From a virus (Duplodnaviria; Heunggongvirae; Uroviricota; Caudoviricetes), in the IMG/VR virus record IMGVR_UViG_3300046522_000173, positions 1 through 20,273 of that record: a stretch of DNA of 20,273 nt. One strand, 5' to 3'. The position numbers were made by a program, and so were the translations under genes. Below the pieces are notes generated by a model. The model made no database searches, was not told where the DNA came from, and saw only the letters and a program-made list of their open reading frames with translations. Numbering within the stretch: the first letter of the stretch is position 1; every line of letters starts with the position of its first letter. Positions 1 to 8,285 of the stretch are shown piece by piece.

Positions 1-2
1 AT

Positions 3-944
3 GCTGTCAAGCTGAGCAACACTGGTGTGATGAGCCGCAGGGAGATTGCAGAGTTCTTAGGTGTAAAACGCTCGACTTGCCTGGACTATCTGCGGGCTTA
101 TTATAAGGCGTTGTCGGAGCAGGATGACTCTCCACAAGTGCTTGTCACCACAACAGAGCAACCGAGTAAGACACACCTTGTCATTCCTGACACACAAGTG
201 AGGCCAGGGATTTCTCTGGACTATCTTCGATGGATTGGAGAATACATTGTACGAAAGCGCCCAGATGTCGTCGTGCACATCGGAGACCACGCAGACATGC
301 CCAGCCTTAGCGCATGGGACAAAGGCAAAAGCACAGCAGAGGGTAAGCGTGTTACCGAAGATATCCAATGGTCTATCGCAGGTATGGAAGCGCTGCTTAC
401 ACCTTTGTGGAATTTGCAGGAACAGCAAGCAGAGGCTGGTGAAGCAATGTATAACCCGCGACTTGTCTTGACGCTAGGCAATCACGAAGAGCGCATTAAC
501 CGACACGTAGATGCTAACGCAGAACTGCAAGGGTTCTTGAGCATTGCTGACTTGAAGTATGAAGAGATGGGCTGGGAAGTTGTACCATTCCTTACTCCCA
601 TTAACATTGATGGTATTTCTTACTGCCACTACTTCCCTAACGTGATGACAGGTAAGCCGCTTTCAGGTACTGCTCAAAACATGCTTAAAACAATTGGCGA
701 GAGCTTTACTATGGGTCACCGTCAGACTCTTGATGTGACTACTCGATTCCTTCCGTCCAGTGGTAAGCAGCAGTGGGGGATGATTTGTGGCGCTTCTTAC
801 ACACATGAGGAGCACTATAAGGGAGTCCAGGGTAACAAGCATTGGAGAGGAATCGTGCTGAAGCATAATGTTCGTGACGGTAGCTACGATCCTTTGTTTG
901 TGAGTATGCAGTGGCTGAAGGAAGAATATGGCAGCGGCTCCTGA
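3..944 (+). CDS. Calcineurin-like metallophosphoesterase with N-terminal helix-turn-helix (5'-partial)
   Basis: Frame 3 is open from the window edge (AVKLSNTGVMSRREIAEFLGVKRSTCLDYLR, HTH-like), so the true start is probably upstream. Phosphoesterase motifs IPDTQ, IGDHAD, LGNHE, HYF and MGH occur in the expected order. Confidence 0.85.
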   Translation, partial: AVKLSNTGVMSRREIAEFLGVKRSTCLDYLRAYYKALSEQDDSPQVLVTTTEQPSKTHLVIPDTQVRPGISLDYLRWIGEYIVRKRPDVVVHIGDHADMPSLSAWDKGKSTAEGKRVTEDIQWSIAGMEALLTPLWNLQEQQAEAGEAMYNPRLVLTLGNHEERINRHVDANAELQGFLSIADLKYEEMGWEVVPFLTPINIDGISYCHYFPNVMTGKPLSGTAQNMLKTIGESFTMGHRQTLDVTTRFLPSSGKQQWGMICGASYTHEEHYKGVQGNKHWRGIVLKHNVRDGSYDPLFVSMQWLKEEYGSGS

Positions 945-1524
945 CTTTAAGGATAGATGTGGTAATTGGGTTAAAACTTTCAATTTTAACGGGAAACACT
1001 GCTACACCCTGTCGGGACGGCGGTGGTACAACATGATGTCGAGGACTAATCCGTTGGGCGCGTACCAACAAGATAAAAGTTCGTATGTTGGCGTTACCAG
1101 CGAGTTCATATCTTTCCAGTCTTTTGTAGACTGGAGTTTAGCACAACACGGCTACGACGAGTCAAAGTGGCATTTAGACAAAGACCTGCTAATCAAAGGT
1201 AATAAGTCGTACTCTGAATATACTTGCCTGTTTTTGCCACAAGAGTTGAACTCATTTATAAGTTTTCCCAAAGCCAACAGGGGTTGGCTACCTCTAGGTG
1301 TGTACTGGAAAGAGAGAATCCACAGATTTGTTGCCAACTCTAAGTGCCCATTGACTGGAATCTACAAGCATCTTGGGGTGTTTAACTCTAAGGAGTCAGC
1401 TTTTCTTGCGTACAAGAGTTTTAAAGAGGGCAATGCAAAAGTGCTAGCAACCAAATGGCGCGATAAGATTGATCCTCGTGCTTACGAGGCTCTAATGTCG
1501 TACCAAGTAGAAATTACAGATTGA
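928..1524 (+). CDS. Free-standing HNH-type homing endonuclease with C-terminal AP2-like DNA-binding region
   Basis: Motif WHLDKDLLIKGNKSYSEYTCLFLPQELN is typical of phage HNH-like endonucleases. It is followed by LPLGVYW...RFVA...KHLGVFNSKESAFLAYK (AP2-like). SD AAGGA at about 918-922. The gene overlaps the upstream gene by 17 nt. Confidence 0.75.
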   Translation: MAAAPDFKDRCGNWVKTFNFNGKHCYTLSGRRWYNMMSRTNPLGAYQQDKSSYVGVTSEFISFQSFVDWSLAQHGYDESKWHLDKDLLIKGNKSYSEYTCLFLPQELNSFISFPKANRGWLPLGVYWKERIHRFVANSKCPLTGIYKHLGVFNSKESAFLAYKSFKEGNAKVLATKWRDKIDPRAYEALMSYQVEITD

Positions 1525-1549
1525 CAGCCTGCAAGAATTCTGTCACAAT
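1521..1549 (+). promoter_or_regulatory. Sigma70-type promoter upstream of the MazG-like/nrd operon
   Basis: TTGACA (1521-1526), 17 nt spacer, CACAAT (1544-1549) preceded by TGn. SD AAGGAG at 1570-1575. Confidence 0.65.
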
Positions 1550-1568
1550 AGAATCTTGCAGTTGTTAA
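1521..1568 (+). repeat. Long imperfect inverted repeat enclosing the -10 box
   Basis: CTGCAAGAATTCT (1529-1541) pairs with AGAATCTTGCAG (1550-1561) with one bulge. TTGACAG (1521-1527) pairs with TTGTTAA (1562-1568) using G-U pairs. Confidence 0.8.
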
Positions 1569-1581
1569 CAAGGAGAAGTGA

Positions 1582-2052
1582 ATGGACGTACAAAAACATT
1601 ACGACAGCGTAGAACGCTTCAATGACATTGCAGGCAACCTAACCAACGTAACAGTCGATAAGATTGCTGCACAGATGAAAGTGGTTGTAGAGGAAATCAA
1701 CGAACTGAAAGATGCCTTCGAGAACAAGGATGCTGTAGAACTACTGGATGGGGCTTGCGATGGCTTTGTCACTCTGATGGGCCTGATTCAGCAGATGAAG
1801 CGAGCAGGGTTTAAGGTGGACGTGGCGCTGAAGAGGGTTTGTGAGAACAATCTTGAGAAGTTTCCAGACTACCTGATGGATACGGAGGAGCACGACATAT
1901 ACAAAGAGAAAGGTTGGAAAGTTGACTTTCATATGGGGTACGGTTGCTGTGTGATTAAGGACCAGAACTTAAAAGTTCGCAAGCCTGTTGGTTTCCAGTC
2001 GGTTGTGCTGGACGATTTGGTACCAAAGGATTTCTTCGGAGGTGAGGCATGA
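1582..2052 (+). CDS. MazG-like / all-alpha NTP pyrophosphohydrolase
   Basis: EEINELKDA...ELLDGACDGFVT acidic metal-binding pattern, then a VCENNLEKF motif. Strong SD AAGGAG. Confidence 0.75.
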   Translation: MDVQKHYDSVERFNDIAGNLTNVTVDKIAAQMKVVVEEINELKDAFENKDAVELLDGACDGFVTLMGLIQQMKRAGFKVDVALKRVCENNLEKFPDYLMDTEEHDIYKEKGWKVDFHMGYGCCVIKDQNLKVRKPVGFQSVVLDDLVPKDFFGGEA

Positions 2053-2639
2053 ACAAAACTCTGTCAGTTTTTGACCTCATGCTCGCAGAGCCACTGCAAG
2101 GCTTCACAATGTTTGATTGCGTTGACCTCGCTAACCTTGATGCTGTAAACAACGTTCTGGCAGTATTGGGCTTTGATACGAACAAACCAATTTTTGTAGA
2201 GGCACACAACCACCGTACTTTGGCAGGCCAAGTGAAAATCGGCTACGTGTTCAAGGGGCACATTGCACACGGACGAGAGCACGTGCATGGCAAGTATTCG
2301 ACGCCGCATGATATGTACGCAGCAGCGGAGGCCACTGGACAGGATTGGTACGATGAGTTGCTGTCGATGGGCACACGCTCTGTCAGCTACGGCTCAGACG
2401 CTCTAGACGATAAGATTCCTAGCCGAGAGGAGCCGGAATACCGCGCAGAAGAGCAGAAGATTCTTGACGACATTAAGTTGTTGAACGATCTGCTGGTTCT
2501 TGCACGAGGCGATCAACGACGAAGCGACGGTTCAATCAAGACGGCTTACGATTACAAGACACCGGAAGCCCCGCCTGAGAAGGCTAAGCGGCGCAAGAAG
2601 GGCTTTCGCAACGAAGTGGGATATACTGAAGATGAATGA
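2049..2639 (+). CDS. Hypothetical protein (196 aa)
   Basis: ATGA overlap with the upstream gene, SD GGAGG, and 8-nt overlap with nrdA. No family recognised. Confidence 0.75.
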   Translation: MNKTLSVFDLMLAEPLQGFTMFDCVDLANLDAVNNVLAVLGFDTNKPIFVEAHNHRTLAGQVKIGYVFKGHIAHGREHVHGKYSTPHDMYAAAEATGQDWYDELLSMGTRSVSYGSDALDDKIPSREEPEYRAEEQKILDDIKLLNDLLVLARGDQRRSDGSIKTAYDYKTPEAPPEKAKRRKKGFRNEVGYTEDE

Positions 2640-5600
2640 CAAACATATTATGGTAACTAAGCGGGATGGTACTGTTGTCCCGTTTGATCCAGAGAAGCTT
2701 ACTCGCTGGGCCAAGTGGGCAGGTAACATTGGTGTGGACTGGTTTGGCATCGTAGCTCAAACTTACCAGAAGCTTCCTGACCAATGCACTACTCAGGAGC
2801 TTCAGCAAGCGATGATTCAGGCTTGTATGGACTTTGAAGATACGCCGCATATGCTGATGGCGGGCCGTCTGCTGATGGGCAGTGTGTACAAGGAAGCGTT
2901 CGGTGGGCATGACAAGATTCCAACCGTCCCGCAGATTTACTCGCATATGGTAAGCAGTGGTTTGTGGGAAGATATGGGTTATTCGTGGGAAGATTTGGAG
3001 GAAGCTCAATCCTTCATCAACCACGAGCGAGACCTGAACAGTGTTCACTCTGTTGTGAATCAAATCACTACTAAGTACGCTATCAAGGACATCGAGAAGA
3101 ACATTGCCCTGGAGTCGCCTGCATTTGTGTGGATGCGTATGGCTCTTGGCGTATGTAAGGAAGAGTCTGTTGAAACTCGTATGCAGAGCGTCAAAGAATA
3201 CTACGAAGACTTTGCAACAGGGCGAATCAATGCTCCTACGCCGAACATTAACAATCTTGGTACACCTAAACGCAACTATGCTTCTTGCTGCGTCTACAAG
3301 AGCAACGACACGCTAGACAGTCTTGCCACGGGCGACCATATCGCAACTAAGATGACTGCCGCCAGTGCAGGTATTGGCGGCATGCTGATGACGCGAAGCA
3401 AGGGTGATGGTGTTCGTAAGAATACTATCCGCCACGGTGGCAAACTCCCGTACTACAATGCGCAGGCGGGTGCAGTTAATGCGAACTTGCAAGGCGGACG
3501 AGGGGGAGCTGAAACAGTCCACTTCAATTGCCTGGACCCGGAGATTGAAACACTGCTTCGATTACGCCATCCAACTACTGTGGAGAGTAAGGCCGAACGG
3601 CGATTGGACTACAGCTTTGGCTACCACCCTCTGTTGGCAGAGAAAGCAGCAAAGAACGAACAGTGGATGCTCGTGAGCTACAAGGTGAATCCTGACCTCT
3701 GGCACGCTATGTATAAGGACGACGGTAGCTTTGCTCAGCTGTATGCAGAGCATGAGAAGAGCAAGATGCGTAAGAAGTTCGTCAGTGCTCGTTGGTTGGT
3801 GGGCGAGTTCCTGCGAATGCAAGAGGAAACAGGCCGCATGTATGAGCACAACACACTTGAGATGAACCGGCATACCAGTTTCAAGGATACGATCTATAGT
3901 AGTAACCTGTGTGTTGCACCTGAGACTAGAATTCTTACCAAAGCAGGGTATGTTGAAATCGCCAGTCTTAAGGGCAAAGAAGTTGATGTTTGGAACGGCA
4001 AAGAGTGGTCCAGTGTCACCGTTGTAAAGACTGGCGAGAAGCGTAAACTGATTAAAGTGGTGACCAAAGATGGTTTCGAGTTGGAGTGCACTCCACAACA
4101 CAAGTTTTATCTGAATAAGAGGTATTCTAAAAAGCAGTACGAGGTGCAAGCTAACGACCTTAAAAAGGGGGACAAACTTATCAAGTTTGAGCTTCCGATC
4201 ATTCAAGGGGCAGACGTGTTGGATGAAGCTTATGCTAATGGCTTCTACACTGGTGACGGTTGCTTTTACGGGAACAATCAAATTGTCTATTTCTACGGTG
4301 AGAAAAAGAAATTGTTCCCACTCTTTAAGCACCTGTTCCATTATGTTATCGTACAGGATGCGCAAGACCGTATCGTGGGGCACACAAGGAGCCTCAAGGA
4401 AAAGTTCTTCGTCCCTGGCTGCAACTTTACTGTCGAGTCACGGCTTAAGTGGTTGGCAGGAATTTTGGACTCCGATGGTGTGGTTTGCTTCAACGGCAAT
4501 ACCCAATCGTTCCAAGTTGGAAGTATTGAGAAAAAGTTCCTGCAAGAAGTTCAGATCATGTTGCAAACGCTGGGTGTCAAGTCCAAGGTGACTAAGAACA
4601 GCGATGAGGGTATGAAACTGCTTCCGGCTAACAACGGCACGGGTGAGAGCAAGTTGTTCTTCTGCCAGACTGCATATCGTCTTCTTATCGGTAATGATGG
4701 GGTTAGCAAGCTCAAAGACCTTGGACTTGAAACAATTAGGTTGAAGACGACAGAACACCGTCCCAATAGGGAGTGCTCGCAGTTCATCAGGATCGCTGAT
4801 GTTGTTGATGAAGGGCGTTACGATGACACATACTGCTTCACTGAACCGAAGCGCAACATGGGGATGTTCAACGGTATCTTGACGGGACAGTGCCAAGAAA
4901 TTGGTCTGCCAACTGAAGGGTACAACAGTGTTACGGATTTGTATGAGGGACGGGATGCACCAGGAAATCCTGAAATCGGGCTTTGCAACTTGGGTGCAGT
5001 GGTAGCGGGCCGCGTTCGCCCTGAGGTATACGAGGGTGTTGCATACCGTTCCCTTAAAATGATTGACAACGTAATATCAATGATGGAGTATCCGTTCCCG
5101 CACTTGAAATACACAGCACAGGCTCGCCGTTCAGCAGGTGTTGGTATCACAAATCTTGCCCATGATATGGCCGTGAAGGGCCTTCGTTACGACTCCGCTG
5201 ACGGTAAGGCATATATGCACAGGTTGGCTGAAATGCACTCTTATTGGTTGCACAAGGCTTCTATTCGGTTGGCGAAGGAACGTGGCAAATGTGATTGGTT
5301 CCATAAAACAAAGTACGCCAATGGCTGGTTGCCCGTAGACACGTACGCTAAACAAGTGGATAATATTACGGATCAGCCGCTACTGTGTGATTGGGAAGGA
5401 TTGCGCAAGGAGATTGCCGAGCATGGGCTGCGTAACAGTGTTCTCGAAGCATTCATGCCTGTGGAGTCTAGTAGTCTTGCTGGTAACACCACTAATTCGA
5501 TTTACCCTGTTCGGGAGAGTGTGGTCATCAAGACTAGTGGGACTAACAAGAATGTGTTCATCGCACCTGACTGGGAAGAGCTGAAAGATCGTTACCAGAT

Positions 5601-5862
5601 GGCTTGGGATGTCCCAATCAAGGACCAAACCGAGATGTATGCTATCTTCCAGAAGTTCTGTGGGCAAGCGATTAGTGCTGACTTCTGGCGTACTTTTGAT
5701 CCGAGTAAGCCGAAGCAACTTAGTGCTAAACAACTTCTACTTGAGTGGTTCTACCGAATCAAGTGCGGCCTTAAAACAAAATACTACTCCAATAGCCGCT
5801 CCGGTCTTACGATTCTTAACGAAGACCCTGATGCTGTCGAATGTGAGTCCTGCAAGCTATAA
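2632..5862 (+). CDS. nrdA: Class Ia ribonucleotide reductase alpha subunit, intein-containing (1076 aa precursor, about 749 aa spliced)
   Basis: Start moved to ATG 2632 (MNDKHIMVTKRDG, ATP-cone start). Motifs: YASCC, SNL/CQEIGLP (catalytic Asn-Cys-Glu split by the intein), EIGLCNLG, KTKYY, C-terminal CESC redox pair. Confidence 0.95.
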   Translation: MNDKHIMVTKRDGTVVPFDPEKLTRWAKWAGNIGVDWFGIVAQTYQKLPDQCTTQELQQAMIQACMDFEDTPHMLMAGRLLMGSVYKEAFGGHDKIPTVPQIYSHMVSSGLWEDMGYSWEDLEEAQSFINHERDLNSVHSVVNQITTKYAIKDIEKNIALESPAFVWMRMALGVCKEESVETRMQSVKEYYEDFATGRINAPTPNINNLGTPKRNYASCCVYKSNDTLDSLATGDHIATKMTAASAGIGGMLMTRSKGDGVRKNTIRHGGKLPYYNAQAGAVNANLQGGRGGAETVHFNCLDPEIETLLRLRHPTTVESKAERRLDYSFGYHPLLAEKAAKNEQWMLVSYKVNPDLWHAMYKDDGSFAQLYAEHEKSKMRKKFVSARWLVGEFLRMQEETGRMYEHNTLEMNRHTSFKDTIYSSNLCVAPETRILTKAGYVEIASLKGKEVDVWNGKEWSSVTVVKTGEKRKLIKVVTKDGFELECTPQHKFYLNKRYSKKQYEVQANDLKKGDKLIKFELPIIQGADVLDEAYANGFYTGDGCFYGNNQIVYFYGEKKKLFPLFKHLFHYVIVQDAQDRIVGHTRSLKEKFFVPGCNFTVESRLKWLAGILDSDGVVCFNGNTQSFQVGSIEKKFLQEVQIMLQTLGVKSKVTKNSDEGMKLLPANNGTGESKLFFCQTAYRLLIGNDGVSKLKDLGLETIRLKTTEHRPNRECSQFIRIADVVDEGRYDDTYCFTEPKRNMGMFNGILTGQCQEIGLPTEGYNSVTDLYEGRDAPGNPEIGLCNLGAVVAGRVRPEVYEGVAYRSLKMIDNVISMMEYPFPHLKYTAQARRSAGVGITNLAHDMAVKGLRYDSADGKAYMHRLAEMHSYWLHKASIRLAKERGKCDWFHKTKYANGWLPVDTYAKQVDNITDQPLLCDWEGLRKEIAEHGLRNSVLEAFMPVESSSLAGNTTNSIYPVRESVVIKTSGTNKNVFIAPDWEELKDRYQMAWDVPIKDQTEMYAIFQKFCGQAISADFWRTFDPSKPKQLSAKQLLLEWFYRIKCGLKTKYYSNSRSGLTILNEDPDAVECESCKL
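3910..4890 (+). mobile_element. Full-length intein (327 aa) with LAGLIDADG homing endonuclease and C-terminal Gln
   Basis: Begins CVAPETRILT immediately after SSNL. Block B CTPQHKF. Endonuclease motifs YANGFYTGDG and WLAGILDSDG. Ends YCFTEPKRNMGMFNGILTGQ, followed by the +1 Cys. Removing it restores SNLCQE. Confidence 0.95.
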
Positions 5863-5870
5863 GGAGAACC

Positions 5871-6968
5871 ATGAGCGTTTTTAACAAAAGCAACACTGAA
5901 TGGAAGGAGGGGAAATACTCCCTCTTCCTAGGGCAAGAGCCTGCTTTGTACGACAGTATTAACACAACATTCCCAAAGCTGTTTAAGCTGTACAAGGACC
6001 AGAAGCAAGCTGACTGGAGCGAGAACGAGATTAGTCTAGAGCAAAGTCGCATTGATATGATGACTTGCCCACCTGAGGCACGGGATATGATGCTCAAGAA
6101 TCTTGCACTTCAGTGGGAAGCTGATTCTGTCGCAAGCCGCTCGATTGCACCTCTGTTTGCACCGTTCATCACCAACAGTGAATACTGGGCAGCAATCCTG
6201 AAGATTTCTGAGATTGAGGTGCTACACGCACTCACCTACTCTGAGATTGTTCGTCAGTGCCTTGACGATCCGAACGAAATCTTTGAAGATGTGATGAAGA
6301 ACGAAGCAATGTTTGAGCGTCTGGACGAGGTGTCGTATGCATTCAGTCGGTTGAAACGAGTCGGTGCAGAACTCACTCTCGATATGATTAGTAAGGAAGA
6401 CGCCTATTGCGCTGTGATGCGGGCACTAGTTGCCCTCTACTGCCTGGAGCGCTTGCAATTCATGGCTTCGTTTGCTGCAACATTCGCCGTGGTGGAAGCG
6501 GGCTACTTTCAGGGTATTGGCAAGCTTGTGCAGAAGATTATGCAGGATGAACGCTTTATCCACGCCGAAGTCGGTAAGGCTGCTATCGGGATTGAACTAG
6601 CTACAGAGCGTGGGCAAGCGTGGCTGGCAGCTGACAACGAATACGTGAAGGACATGATTGATAGCGTTGTCGAGGCTGAATACACGTGGTGTCGTTACTT
6701 GTTCTCGGAGGGTCGCAAGGTTGTTGGTGCAAGTGAGCAGTCGTTCACCGATTGGGTAGACTACAATGCACAAGATGTCTACGAGACTCTAGGGTTTGAG
6801 CCTCCACGTAAGGTGAAAGCTAACCCACTCAAGTATATGGACAACTGGCTTGACCTGAACAAGAACCAGAACGCGCAGCAAGAGGGAGATAGCGCAAACT
6901 ACTCTCTCAACATTATTGTGGACGATTTACAAGACGAGGTGATTGAATATGATTTTAGTGTACAGTAA
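5871..6968 (+). CDS. nrdB: Class Ia ribonucleotide reductase beta subunit
   Basis: Di-metal and tyrosyl-radical motifs WEADS, EVLHALTY (E-x2-H-x3-Y), LERLQFMASF and DERFIHA. SD AAGGAG. Confidence 0.95.
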   Translation: MSVFNKSNTEWKEGKYSLFLGQEPALYDSINTTFPKLFKLYKDQKQADWSENEISLEQSRIDMMTCPPEARDMMLKNLALQWEADSVASRSIAPLFAPFITNSEYWAAILKISEIEVLHALTYSEIVRQCLDDPNEIFEDVMKNEAMFERLDEVSYAFSRLKRVGAELTLDMISKEDAYCAVMRALVALYCLERLQFMASFAATFAVVEAGYFQGIGKLVQKIMQDERFIHAEVGKAAIGIELATERGQAWLAADNEYVKDMIDSVVEAEYTWCRYLFSEGRKVVGASEQSFTDWVDYNAQDVYETLGFEPPRKVKANPLKYMDNWLDLNKNQNAQQEGDSANYSLNIIVDDLQDEVIEYDFSVQ

Positions 6969-7197
6969 GAATAACTGCCCTGAGTGCCAGAAAGCTATGA
7001 TGCTGCTGCAAGCTAAGGGTGTCCCATACCAAGTGATGAAGGTGGATGAACAGCCAGAGGCACGTGCATTCCTCATCGCACAAGGTCACAAGTCGGTTCC
7101 ACAGGTGTACAAGGATGGTGAGCTGTTCGTACAAGGCGGGTACAAAGGCCTCCTAACCATCACCGACTCAGACTTCACCGCCCTAAAAGAATCTTAA
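6949..7197 (+). CDS. Glutaredoxin-like redoxin (likely RNR reductant)
   Basis: ATG 6949 with SD GAGGT at 6936-6940. CPEC active site, SVPQ cis-Pro motif and GG motif. Directly follows nrdB. Confidence 0.9.
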   Translation: MILVYSKNNCPECQKAMMLLQAKGVPYQVMKVDEQPEARAFLIAQGHKSVPQVYKDGELFVQGGYKGLLTITDSDFTALKES

Positions 7198-7200
7198 AAT

Positions 7201-7251
7201 TGTTGTAGACAGAGAGGGATTGCTTGCGTATAATTCTTCTCTGTTGCAACA
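7201..7251 (+). repeat. Long imperfect inverted repeat (about 18 bp, one bulge, four G-U pairs) enclosing most of the -10 box
   Basis: TGTTGTAGACAGAGAGGGA (7201-7219) pairs with TTCTTCTCTGTTGCAACA (7234-7251). The wobble pairs work only on the + strand RNA. Confidence 0.8.
7206..7234 (+). promoter_or_regulatory. Sigma70-type promoter for the small-ORF operon
   Basis: TAGACA (7206-7211), 17 nt spacer, TATAAT (7229-7234). SD AAGGAG at 7257-7262. Confidence 0.8.
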
Positions 7252-7267
7252 CAACCAAGGAGAAACG

Positions 7268-7465
7268 ATGTTCAACCTGTTTAACAAGGTGTACTCTCTA
7301 GAGTTGGTCTTTACGGACAACACCTGCACGCTGCATGAGGGTGTCACTGGCATCAAAAGATACGGCGACACAATATCATTCAACAAGGGTGGCACTGTCC
7401 ACCGAGTTAATTGGGACCACCTGTACGCAGCATCTTATAAGGCGACTACGAATGTTGACCAGTAA
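7268..7465 (+). CDS. Hypothetical protein (65 aa)
   Basis: ATG 7268 with SD AAGGAG. First gene after promoter 7206-7234. Predicted beta-rich. Confidence 0.75.
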   Translation: MFNLFNKVYSLELVFTDNTCTLHEGVTGIKRYGDTISFNKGGTVHRVNWDHLYAASYKATTNVDQ

Positions 7466-7655
7466 AATCGTCCCAGCCCGCAAAGCTGTTTCGTCCGACC
7501 TGCACTACGAAGCAGGTGGTAAAGTCCACCGAGTGTTTGACACTAATGAGCACGGTGAACTGATCCCAGTTTCGTATATGCGGCAACATGATTCTTTCGT
7601 ACTATACTTTGCACCACGTGGCAAAGTGTTTGCAGAAATCACTAACGACTTTTAA
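7452..7655 (+). CDS. Hypothetical protein (67 aa)
   Basis: ATG 7452 overlaps the previous stop by 14 nt and fills the gap to the next SD. Own SD is weak. Confidence 0.65.
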   Translation: MLTSKIVPARKAVSSDLHYEAGGKVHRVFDTNEHGELIPVSYMRQHDSFVLYFAPRGKVFAEITNDF

Positions 7656-7664
7656 GGAGGACAA

Positions 7665-7910
7665 ATGACTGATACCAATACCTACATCACCACCAATGTA
7701 GCGCCCGCAACGTACACCACCCTTGCACGCGCAGAAGACGAATCTTACGCTGATTACCGTATCCGTCGCAAGCTCGCCAATGATGCTGTCAAGGCTCTTA
7801 AATACGGCGAGACGTTCCACATGAGCAGTGTGTACGGTACGTACGAGAACAAGGAGAAGCAAGCGCTGAAGGCTGCTCGCAAGGCACGTAAATCAGCTAA
7901 GAAAGGCTAA
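7665..7910 (+). CDS. Hypothetical basic protein (81 aa)
   Basis: Strong SD AAGGAGG. RAEDESYADYRIRRK core and a Lys/Arg-rich C-terminus. Confidence 0.8.
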   Translation: MTDTNTYITTNVAPATYTTLARAEDESYADYRIRRKLANDAVKALKYGETFHMSSVYGTYENKEKQALKAARKARKSAKKG

Positions 7911-7913
7911 TGA

Positions 7914-8276
7914 ATGGATAACCAACATAAGCTTATCAAGGGCTACCGCGAGCTGAGTCAAGAAGAGATTGACCTGATGAACGAAGTCAAGGACATGGCA
8001 GAAAGCATGAAACAACTGCACAGCAAGATTTATGCACACCTACGTAACACGTGCACTCAAGAGCAGTGCTCTTTTGTTTATGATGGGGCGCAAACCGTTG
8101 ACAAAATGGCTGTCAGCATGTCAATCGGTGGCGTGACGACTATTTATCAAGACTCGGAGAACACGCTTCGCTGGAAAGCTGCTCATCCTTACGAGTGGCT
8201 CAGCCGTGGTAAAGATGATCTGCAAGACGGTTTTATGAAACTTACCCGTGCTATTGCACAACCCACTACTTTCTAA
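7914..8276 (+). CDS. acb2: Anti-CBASS cyclic-oligonucleotide sponge Acb2 (T4 Vs.4 family) with internal insertion
   Basis: N-terminus MDNQHKLIKGYRELSQEEIDLMNEVK and C-terminus WLSRGKDDLQDGFMKLTRAIAQPTTF closely match the termini of Pseudomonas phage Acb2 as I recall them ([26 protein letters not shown] ... [26 protein letters not shown]). Confidence 0.9.
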   Translation: MDNQHKLIKGYRELSQEEIDLMNEVKDMAESMKQLHSKIYAHLRNTCTQEQCSFVYDGAQTVDKMAVSMSIGGVTTIYQDSENTLRWKAAHPYEWLSRGKDDLQDGFMKLTRAIAQPTTF

Positions 8277-8285
8277 GGATAAACA

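Noticed and set aside
2500-2631. 44-codon N-terminal extension of nrdA in the ORF track
   Set aside because: It overlaps the upstream CDS in another frame. The ATP-cone sequence begins at ATG 2632.
3562-4896. Minus-strand ORFs within nrdA and the intein
   Set aside because: Antisense to a strongly supported gene, with no recognisable motifs.
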